A DNA stretch of 63,033 bases, the filler included, from Octopus bimaculoides (Eukaryota), in NCBI RefSeq assembly GCF_001194135.2. It is 7 parts of 7 records of this genome, joined end to end, with 100 filler letters (N's around TTAATTAATTAA, not from the genome) between each part and the next. Parts side by side here need not be neighbours in the genome. Positions count along the whole stretch, not along the records: positions 25,872 to 36,078 come from NW_026344451.1; positions 36,179 to 39,644 come from NC_068985.1; 5 more parts are not named here. One strand, written 5' to 3'. The position numbers were made by a program, and so were the translations under genes. The notes beneath the pieces are model-generated. The model was not told the origin of the DNA, made no database searches, and worked only from the letters and a program-made list of their open reading frames with translations. Position 1 is the stretch's first letter. Each line of letters begins with the position of its first letter. Positions 25,828 through 37,590 of the stretch are shown piece after piece.

Positions 25828-27571
25828 NNNNNNNNNNNNNNNNNNNNNNNNNNNNNNNNNNNNNNNNNNNNTATTATTATTATTATTGTTATTATTATTA
25901 TTATCATTATTATTATTATTTTTACCTAGCTATAATTTACTCCAGCCCCGCTATTTTTATAAACTCACTCACCCGTCCCTTAATATCCCACACCTCTGAA
26001 ACCCCTAACACCTAACCACTAACCACCGTCACTTCCTACATTTGCTAGGATCAACCAGCATTGATGCCGTTTAATGAAGTTGGCAAGGGATCAAATGTAG
26101 TTTATACACCGTAATGGGAAGGGCTGAGTCCCTTTATTATGTATACACACCTCAATATGTGCATATACATACATACATATATATGTGTGTATATATATAT
26201 ATATATATTTGTAGATAGATATCTATGTATGTGTTTTGTGTTATTGTATATGTACTTGTATGAGTCAGAAAAGATGGGGGTTTTTTAATATATATGTGTG
26301 TGTATGTGTATATATATGTATATATGGATTTATGTATATGAGAATGTATGCATGTATTGTATGTTCATGCATAACTGACTGATGGCTGAACGGATATGTA
26401 TAAATAAGTGATTGATGTATACATATATATATATATATATATATCGTCTGCATGTATGCATATGTTGAGACGTTTGTAGAATACATGTGTATATGTGTGA
26501 AAAATAAATATGTGTGCGCGTTTGTGTNNNNNNNNNNNNNNNNNNNNNNNNNNNNNNNNNNNNNNNNNNNNNNNNNNNNNNNNNNNNNNNNNNNNNNNNN
26601 NNNNNNNNNNNNNNNNNNNNNNNNNNNNNNNNNNNNNNNNNNNNNNNNNNNNNNNNNNNNNNNNNNNNNNNNNNNNNNNNNNNNNNNNNNNNNNNNNNNN
26701 NNNNNNNNNNNNNNNNNNNNNNNNNNNNNNNNNNNNNNNNNNNNNNNNNNNNNNNNNNNNNNNNNNNNNNNNNNNNNNNNNNNNNNNNNNNNNNNNNNNN
26801 NNNNNNNNNNNNNNNNNNNNNNNNNNNNNNNNNNNNNNNNNNNNNNNNNNNNNNNNNNNNNNNNNNNNNNNNNNNNNNNNNNNNNNNNNNNNNNNNNNNN
26901 NNNNNNNNNNNNNNNNNNNNNNNNNNNNNNNNNNNNNNNNNNNNNNNNNNNNNNNNNNNNNNNNNNNNNNNNNNNNNNNNNNNNNNNNNNNNNNNNNNNN
27001 NNNNNNNNNNNNNNNNNNNNNNNNNNNNNNNNNNNNNNNNNNNNNNNNNNNNNNNNNNNNNNNNNNNNNNNNNNNNNNNNNNNNNNNNNNNNNNNNNNNN
27101 NNNNNNNNNNNNNNNNNNNNNNNNNNNNNNNNNNNNNNNNNNNNNNNNNNNNNNNNNNNNNNNNNNNNNNNNNNNNNNNNNNNNNNNNNNNNNNNNNNNN
27201 NNNNNNNNNNNNNNNNNNNNNNNNNNNNNNNNNNNNNNNNNNNNNNNNNNNNNNNNNNNNNNNNNNNNNNNNNNNNNNNNNNNNNNNNNNNNNNNNNNNN
27301 NNNNNNNNNNNNNNNNNNNNNNNNNNNNNNNNNNNNNNNNNNNNNNNNNNNNNNNNNNNNNNNNNNNNNNNNNNNNNNNNNNNNNNNNNNNNNNNNNNNN
27401 NNNNNNNNNNNNNNNNNNNNNNNNNNNNNNNNNNNNNNNNNNNNNNNNNNNNNNNNNNNNNNNNNNNNNNNNNNNNNNNNNNNNNNNNNNNNNNNTATAT
27501 CTATCTGTCTGTTTGTCTATCTATCTATCTATCTGTTTGTGTATCTGTCTGTCTACCTTTCTATCTCTCTG

Positions 27572-27616
<45 letters not shown>

Positions 27617-27698
27617 ATTTCTCAATCTTTCTGTCTGTCTGTCTTATTGGCATACCAATACACACATCTTATTGGCATACCAAAACACACATCTAAAG

Positions 27699-28052
27699 CG
27701 GGGGTTCTCAACCGTTTATTATCTATGGACCCCTTTCATTACTATTTTATTCTAGGGGACCTCCCCCCCCCCCATAGCCACTCTGTGTTCGAGAACTAGT
27801 TTTATAGATATACATCTTTCAAAATTCCTCTTTTGTTTTCCCCACATGAACTTGTACGGGTTGAACAATGTAAAATGCTTGAGAAAGGAACTTAACTGTT
27901 TCTTACGATACATACCAATACGTACAGCTAAAGCAAAATTGCTATTGTGGATCACTAATTTAGTATTTTAGTAAATCGTATTCGGTCCAAAATTTTATAC
28001 GGTCCCTCAGGACCGTATGAAATTTGATAGGGTCCCTCAGGAGCCATACTGA
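27699..28052. mobile_element. Possible old hAT/Charlie-like MITE
   Basis: Left CGGGGGTTCTCAACC, right GACTGAGAAACCCTG (degenerate TIR pair); TSD poorly conserved. Confidence 0.35.
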
Positions 28053-28428
28053 TCCTGACTGAGAAACCCTGATTTGACCTATTCTGGAGAAAGAAAGAGC
28101 CAGACTGTTTATATACACAACAGATCCAGTAGCTCAAGAAAACTGGAGCTATTAATTTACATATCGCATGTGTTTAACACTCTATTTAATATAAGGGGCC
28201 TGTCAACAGGGATCTCGGTCAACATAGTATCAAGGAATCATATCATATATGAAACTTATAGAATAAAGACCAATAGAGTAGCAAATTTAGCTTTTTCTCC
28301 GAAATCTGAAAAAAATGATAATCAACCTTAATTCTGTTTCCGAAACTTTTTGAGTTTTTATCAGTGGTATTATTTTTATATACTCAGGCCTATTCCCCAT
28401 TCTTCTAGAAAGGGTAAAAAAACCACAG

Positions 28429-28465
<37 letters not shown>

Positions 28466-28699
28466 GTATGTATGCATGCATTTCTGAGCTAATGAGGGAG
28501 ACCTCTACAAGGTAGCTAGACGAAACAGAAATAGTAGCCAAATCTCCCTCAAGTCAGACCTGTCTTATGTAAGTAGATATGTATGTAGGACCCAATGAAG
28601 GAGGCCTCTACAGGTAGCTAGATCTGTAAGAAATAGCAGCGAAATCTCCCTCAAATGACACTCTGCTCTCTTATGTGTGTGTGTGTGTTCTTTGCTCTT

Positions 28700-29095
28700 T
28701 TATTCTTTTACTTGTTTCAGTCATTTGTCTGCGGCCATGCTGGAGCACCGCCTTTAGTCGAACAAATTAACTCCAGGACTTTGTAGTCTTTGTAAGCCTA
28801 GTACTTATTCTATCGGTGTCTTTTGCCGAACCGCTAGGTTACGGGGTCGTAAACATAACAATATCGGTTATCAAGCGATGGTGGGAGGGGGTGACAAACA
28901 CAGACATACAAATATATACATACACATATATATATCTGACTTCTTTCAGTTTCCGTCTACCAAATCCACTCAAAAGGCTTTGATCGGCCCGAGGCTATAG
29001 TAGAAGACACTTGCCCAAGGTGCCACGCAGTGGGACTGAACCCGGAACCATGTGGCTGGTAAGCAAGCTTCTTACCATGTACCCACTCCTGCTCC
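28700..29095 (-). mobile_element. SINE family A, full length
   Basis: Reverse complement of both modules with internal microsatellite. Confidence 0.9.
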
Positions 29096-29439
29096 TATAT
29101 ATATATATATATATATATATATGAGCTACACTCGGAAGAAGTAGTAGCCAAATCTCCCTCAGATTCCAACTTTTGTCTTATGTAAGGATATATGTATGTA
29201 TGAGCCAATAAAAGAGACCTTTACAGTTTAGCTCATACTCGTAGAAATAGCAGCTAAGTAATCCTCAAATCATATCCTACTGTCTTAGAAAAAGATTCAT
29301 TTAATAATATGAACTCGGGTTGTATGCACATAAGAAATTCAACGGTATGGTCGTATTTGGAATGACTTTGATGAGCAGAACATCAACAGGAATATCATCA
29401 CAGTAATGGGAAAACAAGCATTACCATCTGTGCTACCAA

Positions 29440-30220
29440 TGCTAGCACCATCACTAACATCATCATCATGATCACCACCACCACCACCACTACGACGACC
29501 ACCATCATCATCATCATGATAATCATCATCATCATCATCATAAACAGAAACAAAAGAATTTCACCACCACCACCACCACCACCACCACCACCACCAACAC
29601 CACCAAAACATTGGACACCACCATAATCATCGACACCAACATCATANNNNNNNNNNNNNNNNNNNNNNNNNNNNNNNNNNNNNNNNNNNNNNNNNNNNNN
29701 NNNNNNNNNNNNNNNNNNNNNNNNNNNNNNNNNNNNNNNNNNNNNNNNNNNNNNNNNNNNNNNNNNNNNNNNNNNNNNNNNNNNNNNNNNNNNNNNNNNN
29801 NNNNNNNNNNNNNNNNNNNNNNNNNNNNNNNNNNNNNNNNNNNNNNNNNNNNNNNNNNNNNNNNNNNNNNNCTACTACAACCACTACTACCACTACCACC
29901 ACTACCCACCACCACCACCACAACCACTACTACCACTACCACCACTACCCATCACCACCACCACAACCACTACTACCACTACCACCACTACGACGACCAC
30001 CACAACCATCACCGCCACCATTACAACCACTACAACCATTACCACCACCACCGCCACCTGTACCACCACTACCACCACCACCATCACTACCACTACAACC
30101 ACGACCAGGACCACCATCACAACCACTACAACCATTACCACCACCACCACCACCACCAACACTACCACCACTACCATCACCGCCACCAGCACCACCACGA
30201 CCATCGACATCACGCCATCC
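29440..30220. repeat. Degenerate (CAC/TAC/CAT)n trinucleotide low-complexity tract spanning a gap
   Basis: Direct inspection; source of the spurious His/Thr/Val-rich ORFs. Confidence 0.9.
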
Positions 30221-30416
30221 TACTATTTCCACGATAACAAAAAACAACAACAACAACAAAAAGACTCCCCCAAAATATAAATAAATAAAAAAATAAAAGA
30301 GTTAATTTATGTTAATCGTCTTGAGCGCAAACCACCCAATCTTTACCGTTTTTGAAACGCTGCCATGATAATCAGAGAAACTCCTAGAACTGTGGAACAT
30401 CAGCATTGTTAACTAG

Positions 30417-30455
<39 letters not shown>

Positions 30456-30562
30456 TCATACATATATATATACCCACAGATTTAATATATATATATATAT
30501 CGATATATATATGTATATATATATATCTCGATATATACTAATATAAAAACACACATACATAC

Positions 30563-30593
<31 letters not shown>

Positions 30594-30846
30594 TGGATGT
30601 ATATATATATGTATATGTATGTGTATATATATATATATATACTCACATGTTTGTATATGTATATTGTGTAAATTTATGTGTATATATATGTACATATGCA
30701 TTATGATATACATGTATGTATATATAATATATATTATATATATGTATGTATTTTGCATGCATACCTATATATAGTTCTGTGTGGCTGTGTGTATATATAT
30801 GCATACATATACATGCATATATATTATGTATATATATGGGTGTGTG

Positions 30847-30878
<32 letters not shown>

Positions 30879-32326
30879 NNNNNNNNNNNNNNNNNNNNNN
30901 NNNNNNNNNNNNNNNNNNNNNNNNNNNNNNNNNNNNNNNNNNNNNNNNNNNNNNNNNNNNNNNNNNNNNNNNNNNNNNNNNNNNNNNNNNNNNNNNNNNN
31001 NNNNNNNNNNNNNNNNNNNNNNNNNNNNNNNNNNNNNNNNNNNNNNNNNNNNNNNNNNNNNNNNNNNNNNNNNNNNNNNNNNNNNNNNNNNNNNNNNNNN
31101 NNNNNNNNNNNNNNNNNNNNNNNNNNNNNNNNNNNNNNNNNNNNNNNNNNNNNNNNNNNNNNNNNNNNNNNNNNNNNNNNNNNNNNNNNNNNNNNNNNNN
31201 NNNNNNNNNNNNNNNNNNNNNNNNNNNNNNNNNNNNNNNNNNNNNNNNNNNNNNNNNNNNNNNNNNNNNNNNNNNNNNNNNNNNNNNNNNNNNNNNNNNN
31301 NNNNNNNNNNNNNNNNNNNNNNNNNNNNNNNNNNNNNNNNNNNNNNNNNNNNNNNNNNNNNNNNNNNNNNNNNNNNNNNNNNNNNNNNNNNNNNNNNNNN
31401 NNNNNNNNNNNNNNNNNNNNNNNNNNNNNNNNNNNNNNNNNNNNNGTGTGTGTGATTATTGGTGTCTGATGTTTTCAGAGCTGAAATAAAATGAAAAAAG
31501 AAAAAAAAAAAGAATAAAAACGAAAAAATAAAAATAGAAATAACAGTCAGTTATGAACTCTCTTTTTGATTGTGGACTACATAATTAAGTCAATGAGGAA
31601 ATAGAATTGAACTGGAGATGAATTTTATATATATATATATGTGTGTATATATATATATATATAAAAATATATATATATACATATATATATATGTTTGTAT
31701 GTATGCGTGTGTATATATATGTATGTATAAATATATACACACACATATATTTGTGTGTGTATGTATATATGCATGTATGTATATATCGGTATGTATGCCT
31801 ATGTATATATACATATTAAATAGGTGAGTGAATATATATATACATATATATATACATTTATATACATACATATGTATACATATATGTATAAAGGTATGTT
31901 TATGGATGAACATTCATATACCTACACCTTCATGTATATACATATATACATCGACACACGCACACACACATATATGTAATTCCCCCCCCCCCACACACAC
32001 TAAAATATGGCCACGTATAATTTTGCACGTTTTAATATCTGTTTATGTGCGTCTCTCGCTATACATATCTGCATTCTTGAAGAACGGTTTCAGGAGAAGA
32101 AGTTTAGAACTTTCCAATTTTCTTCCTTCCATATTCTGTGCGCAAACCTCTTTCGCCACCGTAATTTGACGATAAAAAGCTCTCCGTCGTTGGTCAATGC
32201 ATTGTGCGCCTACAAAATCCCTTTGCAGATTCACCATTCTTCCCGAGCGTCAAACTAACGCACCTGCTTGCTGTTTCGTCACCTGTCTTCGTCTTTTGTT
32301 TTCTGTAAATTTGAACCATTTATTAA

Positions 32327-32539
32327 CCCATTAATGCAGAAAAATGGACGCTGAGAAAAATTACTATTACTTGTTTCATACTTGTGTATAGTCAGTTTGT
32401 TTGTACGCAGCGCCTGCTCACTCATAGAGCACTAGTTTAGAGGCTGGGTATACCAAAGATAAGCTCAATAGGTAATTTACTTAACAAGCAATAGTAATTT
32501 TTCCTGAGACCATATTTCTGGACGCTATGCATTAATGGG
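32327..32539. mobile_element. piggyBac-type MITE (213 bp) with TTAA TSD
   Basis: TTAA(32323-32326) CCCATTAATGC ... GCATTAATGGG TTAA(32540-32543); imperfect TIR extends about 55 bp (AAAAATTACTATTRCTTGTT on both ends). Confidence 0.85.
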
Positions 32540-32609
32540 TTAAACACAGAAACAAAGACTATACTTTATTTACATCTGACGGCTAGTTTTCCTTATCTTG
32601 TTTGTTGTT

Positions 32610-32655
32610 AACACAACGTTTCGGCTGATGTACTCTCAAGCCTTCATCAGGTGTC
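32610..32655 (-). ncRNA. Minimal type I hammerhead ribozyme motif in a Penelope-type terminal repeat
   Basis: Minus strand: GACAC CTGATGA A GGCT tgagagtacatc AGCC GAAA CGT T GTGTT. Stem I GACAC/GTGTT, core CUGAUGA and GAAA, stem II GGCU/AGCC, loopless palindromic stem III ACGU, predicted GUU cleavage triplet. Confidence 0.7.
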
Positions 32656-32789
32656 CTGGGGGAATTTCGAACCTGGCTCCTAATGTATTTTTCCGATGTT
32701 GTTGTTGTTATTGTTCTTGGGGGTCAGACCCCGCGCTCTTAACTACTACGCCATATGCCCATGAGCAATTATGGAGTGAATTTTAGGGC

Positions 32790-32960
32790 TTATAAATCTA
32801 ATATTTTCCTATCCTTCCCCAATACCGCTTCCCATATGCTTTCATATCTGCACTCGGTCTGCTTAGGAAGTTATTATGTCCTAGCATATGTGCTGCTTCT
32901 TTTAGTTTCCGTATTCTCCAGTGGTGTTCTCTGTCTATGAGTTTAACTTCATCCCACAGG
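32790..32960 (-). mobile_element. Penelope-like element, C-terminal GIY-YIG endonuclease fragment
   Basis: WDEVKLIDREHHWRIRKLKEAAHMLGHNNFLSRPS matches the W-x-x-x-K-I-L-D-x-E-x-x-W-x-x-R-K-x-K-E-A pattern at the end of PLE GIY-YIG domains. Confidence 0.75.
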
Positions 32961-32964
32961 ACGA

Positions 32965-33207
32965 TCAGATTGTGTTTTCCGAGCTGCCGTACCTTCGTAA
33001 TCACCATTAGTTTCATCCGAAACCTCTTTCCGAATTCTCAGCACTGTCCGCAGATTGACACCCAAACACTCTGAAGTGTTCCTATTGTAGTTTCGGGCAT
33101 AAATGCCAAGCAATACAGCATGTCGTTTCCAAATTTCTGGCAGAGTGAATTGCGTCATGATGTTGTTTTTTCTCATAGACGGTGCCCAACTGACCCTACT
33201 ATACTGT
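32965..33207 (-). mobile_element. Tc1/mariner-like 5' fragment (N-terminal HTH of transposase)
   Basis: Minus-strand MTQFTLPEIWKRHAVLLGIYARNYNRNTSECLGVNLRTVLRIRKE resembles the paired-like HTH of Tc1/mariner transposases; preceded by the putative terminus TAGTAGGGTCAGTTGGGCACCG. Confidence 0.55.
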
Positions 33208-34391
33208 GTAGTCGACAAAATCAGAAACAAACAATGCGCATGCGCGAAATTAGAAATATAAAATGACGACAATTTACCCATCGCACCCTGCGTAGATTCA
33301 AGTATTCCTTAGGAACCCCTGTGTTTACCCCATTTCCTAGATATAGCAGCCAAATATCTCTCAAATAACCTCATGCCTTGTTAGAAAACCAGTCTGTTTA
33401 GGTCTTGTGTTACACGGTTCTGTGTATATTGATGAAAATGAAGACAGGATGGGCACGGCTGGAGTGTCGTCTTTATTTATTGACCCTTGGTCTGTTTATT
33501 CAAGATAGGGTTCATCATCTGGACAGAAACAAACATCAGTGACCAGCCTGAAATGACCATCACCACCGATGCCACCGTCGGTCAATACTACCACCAATAC
33601 CATCACCACTACCATTGTCACCACCACCATCNNNNNNNNNNNNNNNNNNNNNNNNNNNNNNNNNNNNNNNNNNNNNNNNNNNNNNNNNNNNNNNNNNNNN
33701 NNNNNNNNNNNNNNNNNNNNNNNNNNNNNNNNNNNNNNNNNNNNNNNNNNNNNNNNNNNNNNNNNNNNNNNNNNNNNNNNNNNNNNNNNNNNNNNNNNNN
33801 NNNNNNNNNNNNNNNNNNNNNNNNNNNNNNNNNNNNNNNNNNNNNNNNNNNNNNNNNNNNNNNNNNNNNNNNNNNNNNNNNNNNNNNNNNNNNNNNNNNN
33901 NNNNNNNNNNNNNNNNNNNNNNNNNNNNNNNNNNNNNNNNNNNNNNNNNNNNNNNNNNNNNNNNNNNNNNNNNNNNNNNNNNNNNNNNNNNNNNNNNNNN
34001 NNNNNNNNNNNNNNNNNNNNNNNNNNNNNNNNNNNNNNNNNNNNNNNNNNNNNNNNNNNNNNNNNNNNNNNNNNNNNNNNNNNNNNNNNNNNNNNNNNNN
34101 NNNNNNNNNNNNNNNNNNNNNNNNNNNNNNNNNNNNNNNNNNNNNNNNNNNNNNNNNNNNNNNNNNNNNNNNNNNNNNNNNNNNNNNNNNNNNNNNNNNN
34201 NNNNNNNNNNNNNNNNNNNNNNNNNNNNNNNNNNNNNNNNNNNNNNNNNNNNNNNNNNNNNNNNNNNNNNNNNAATTTAACGCTTACAGGACTCGCTCGT
34301 TTATCACCTTTTGTCCACTTAAATTGCTAAATAGAAGGCCAACACATATACGTATATATGTATGTATACGCATATATCTTTGTACATGTAT

Positions 34392-34454
<63 letters not shown>

Positions 34455-34801
34455 CATGTATACACGTATATGTATACATGTACAAAGATAGATGCGTATA
34501 CATATATATGTATATGTATGTATATATGTATATAGACACAAATATATATATGTATGTACACACAAGCATATACGTATATGTAGATACGTGTGTGTGTATG
34601 TATGTGTTTATGTATATAGATATATATGTATATATATATTTATATATATATTTATATATACACAAATACAAGCACATATACGTATATATACATACATATA
34701 TATACACATATATATATATATGCATACATAAATGCATATATATATATATACATGCATATATACATACATATATATATATGTGTGTATACACAATACTCTC
34801 C

Positions 34802-34872
<71 letters not shown>

Positions 34873-35114
34873 ATACATACATACACAGCTGTATATAATT
34901 TGCGATATAGTATACATACGTATCCACTCAACTAAACATTGAATTCTATAGCAAATGCTGTTTGCACTATGTAAAGTAGATTTTCATATAATTTACTCCT
35001 CGTATACATACATATACATACATATACATACATACATATATGTGTGTGTGTGTGTATAAATATATATATATATATTTATATATCTATATATGTCTGTGTG
35101 TGTGTATCTTTAAT

Positions 35115-35520
35115 CTTTTGTCTGTTACTTGTTTGAGTCATTAGATTGCGGCCATGCTAGGGCATCGCCTTGCAGGATTTTTAGTCGTACGAATCGACCC
35201 CCGTACTTAAATTTTGTTAAGCCTGTCACTTCTTGTATCGGTTGTATTTTGCCGAACCGTGAAGTTACGGGAACGTAAGCACATCAAAACCAGTTTTCAA
35301 AAGGTGGTCGTGGACAAACACAGATGCAAATATAGCTAGCCACCTCCCTACACACACACAATGCGCTTCTTTCAGTTTCCATCTACCGAATCCTCTCACA
35401 AGGCTGTGATGGGCCCAAAGCCATAGCAGAGTACACTAGTACAAAGACTCGCGCTGTGTTACTGAACCCGGAGTCATGTGGTTTAGAAGCAAACCTTTTA
35501 CCACACAGCCATAATTGTAG
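35115..35520 (-). mobile_element. SINE family A, diverged full length
   Basis: GAGTCATT...GCGGCCATGCTAGGGCA ... CTTTCAGTTTCCATCTACC ... ACCACACAGCC. Confidence 0.8.
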
Positions 35521-35526
35521 GTGTGA

Positions 35527-35757
35527 AGGTAGCGAGCTGGCAGAATTGTTAGCACGCCGGGCGAAATGCTTAGCGGTATTTCGTCTGTAGTTACGTTCTG
35601 AGTTCAAACTCCGTCGAGGTCGACTTTGCTTTCATCCTTTTCGGGATCGATTAAATAAGTACCAGTTACGCACTGGGGTTGATGTGATCGACTGAAACCC
35701 TTTGTCGTTCCTTGTTTGTCCCCTCTATGTTTAGCCCCTTGTGGGCAATAAAGAAAG
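35527..35757 (+). mobile_element. SINE family C, full length
   Basis: GGTAGCGAGCTGGCAGAATTGTTAGCACGCCGGGCGAAATGCTTAGC...GAGGTCGACTTTGC. Confidence 0.92.
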
Positions 35758-35802
35758 AATTGTATGTGTGATGAGTGTATGCGGATTTGTGTGTGTGCAT
35801 AT

Positions 35803-35870
<68 letters not shown>

Positions 35871-36269
35871 AGTCACACAATATCCAATTAATATGTATTT
35901 GTGAGTGTGATTTTCACGTTGTGTTTATGACAGTGTTTGCGAACCGGTGTTCGTTCGTTTATATTTCCATTTCTTAGTCGATCGGCAAAAATCAACGACA
36001 GGAAATAAAACTGGATGCAATATAAAACTGCAATGCTCCAGCATGGCAGCAGTCCGTTTTGCTGAAAAGTAAAATGATNNNNNNNNNNNNNNNNNNNNNN
36101 NNNNNNNNNNNNNNNNNNNNNNTTAATTAATTAANNNNNNNNNNNNNNNNNNNNNNNNNNNNNNNNNNNNNNNNNNNNGTATGGGCTCCTGGTTGGCCCT
36201 TTCCCAGAGGTCGGTGTTTGGCACTGTCGAACCACGGGATAAACATAAAAGGGGCAAACAAGGCGAAAC

Positions 36270-36450
36270 AAAGGGATGAAATCGATTACATTGACGCCAG
36301 TGCGTAACTGGGACTTAGTTTTATCGATCCCGAAAGGATCAAAGGCAAAGTCCACCTTGGCAGAATTTGAACTCAGAACGTTACGACAGACGAAAATACC
36401 GCTAAGTATTACACCCGGCATGCTAAGGATTATGTCGGCTCGCGGCCCTA
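36270..36450 (-). mobile_element. SINE family C
   Basis: Reverse complement (AAAGGCAAAGTCCACCTTGGCAGAATTTGAACTCAGAACG). Confidence 0.88.
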
Positions 36451-37179
36451 TATACACGTATATATACATACATACATACATACACACACACTCACACACA
36501 CACACACACGCACGCACGCACACACACACATACACACACCCACACACCCACACACACACACATATATATATATATCTTAATGATAATATGACAATAATAA
36601 TAATATGACAACAAAAGAATGAATGAGACCTTGATATTATGTAAATAGAGAAATTCATCTATAAATATATAACATAGGACAATCAGTTAGTTGTCATAAT
36701 AATACTCAGAGTTTCAGATGCCCAAGTTAAACGCTACTACGTGTCCTCATCATTTATTATGACAATTAACTGGAGACAGGATACATAAAATCCTGTGTCT
36801 ATTACAAAAAGGTATTCTAGGGAACAGACCCCATAAAAATCCAATACAAATATTAAAATGTACATTTCCATGCATCTGAAATCCAAGTGTATCCGATCAA
36901 TGCAATTATTTCGTGATTAGTATCGAAACGATAAGATGCCGTGATACTTGAGTGTCTTGCCATCCTTAGTCTTACGGTCTATCCCCAGCCTTCTTTATGC
37001 AATAATACTTTTAGCGTATAATGAATTATGATTACATTTCTGTAGGAATATCCATTCGAGACATTATGCAATACAATTGTATATTCATAAATCAATCAAT
37101 GCTGATAATGAAGGCTAGCTCATTAGATTATCAGAACATTACTGTTACACTAATGATTCAACGCTAAGTATACATACCA

Positions 37180-37331
37180 AATATTCTTGTGATAAGCTGG
37201 CTGCCCAACAGCATATTCTCCGGTTCAGTCCCACTGCGCGGTAACTTAGGCATGTTATTTCTACTAAAGGCTCGAGCCGACCAGTGTCTTGTGAATGGAA
37301 TTAATAGCGGTAAACTAGAATAAGCCGGTTG

Positions 37332-37387
<56 letters not shown>

Positions 37388-37590
37388 CGTGTGTGTGTCT
37401 TTGTTTTTTGTGTCTATGGTTGTCCCCTACAACCGCTTCATAATCGGTGTTGGTGTGTTTACGTCTCCGTAGTATTTTATGGTTCGGTAAAACAGACCGA
37501 TACATTAAGCACCAAACATAGCAAAAACTTAAAAGTACTAAGATTTTTTCAAAGCTGTGTCTTGACATGGCCGCAGTCAAATGACTGAAA
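37180..37590 (+). mobile_element. SINE family A, diverged full length
   Basis: GGTTCAGTCCCACTGCG ... (TA)n(TG)n ... CATGGCCGCAGTCAAATGACTGAAAC. Confidence 0.8.

Noticed and set aside
27642-27694. 25-bp tandem duplication TCTTATTGGCATACCAAWACACACA x2
   Set aside because: Ordinary local slippage duplication next to a microsatellite.
29538-30259. His-, Thr-, Val- and Gly-rich ORFs
   Set aside because: Degenerate CAC/TAC trinucleotide repeat, open in several frames on both strands, with no splice context.
32714-32760. tRNA genes at tRNA-like heads here and at SINE 5' ends (2573, 56512, 41777)
   Set aside because: Only A/B-box-like motifs; no complete cloverleaf or acceptor stem.
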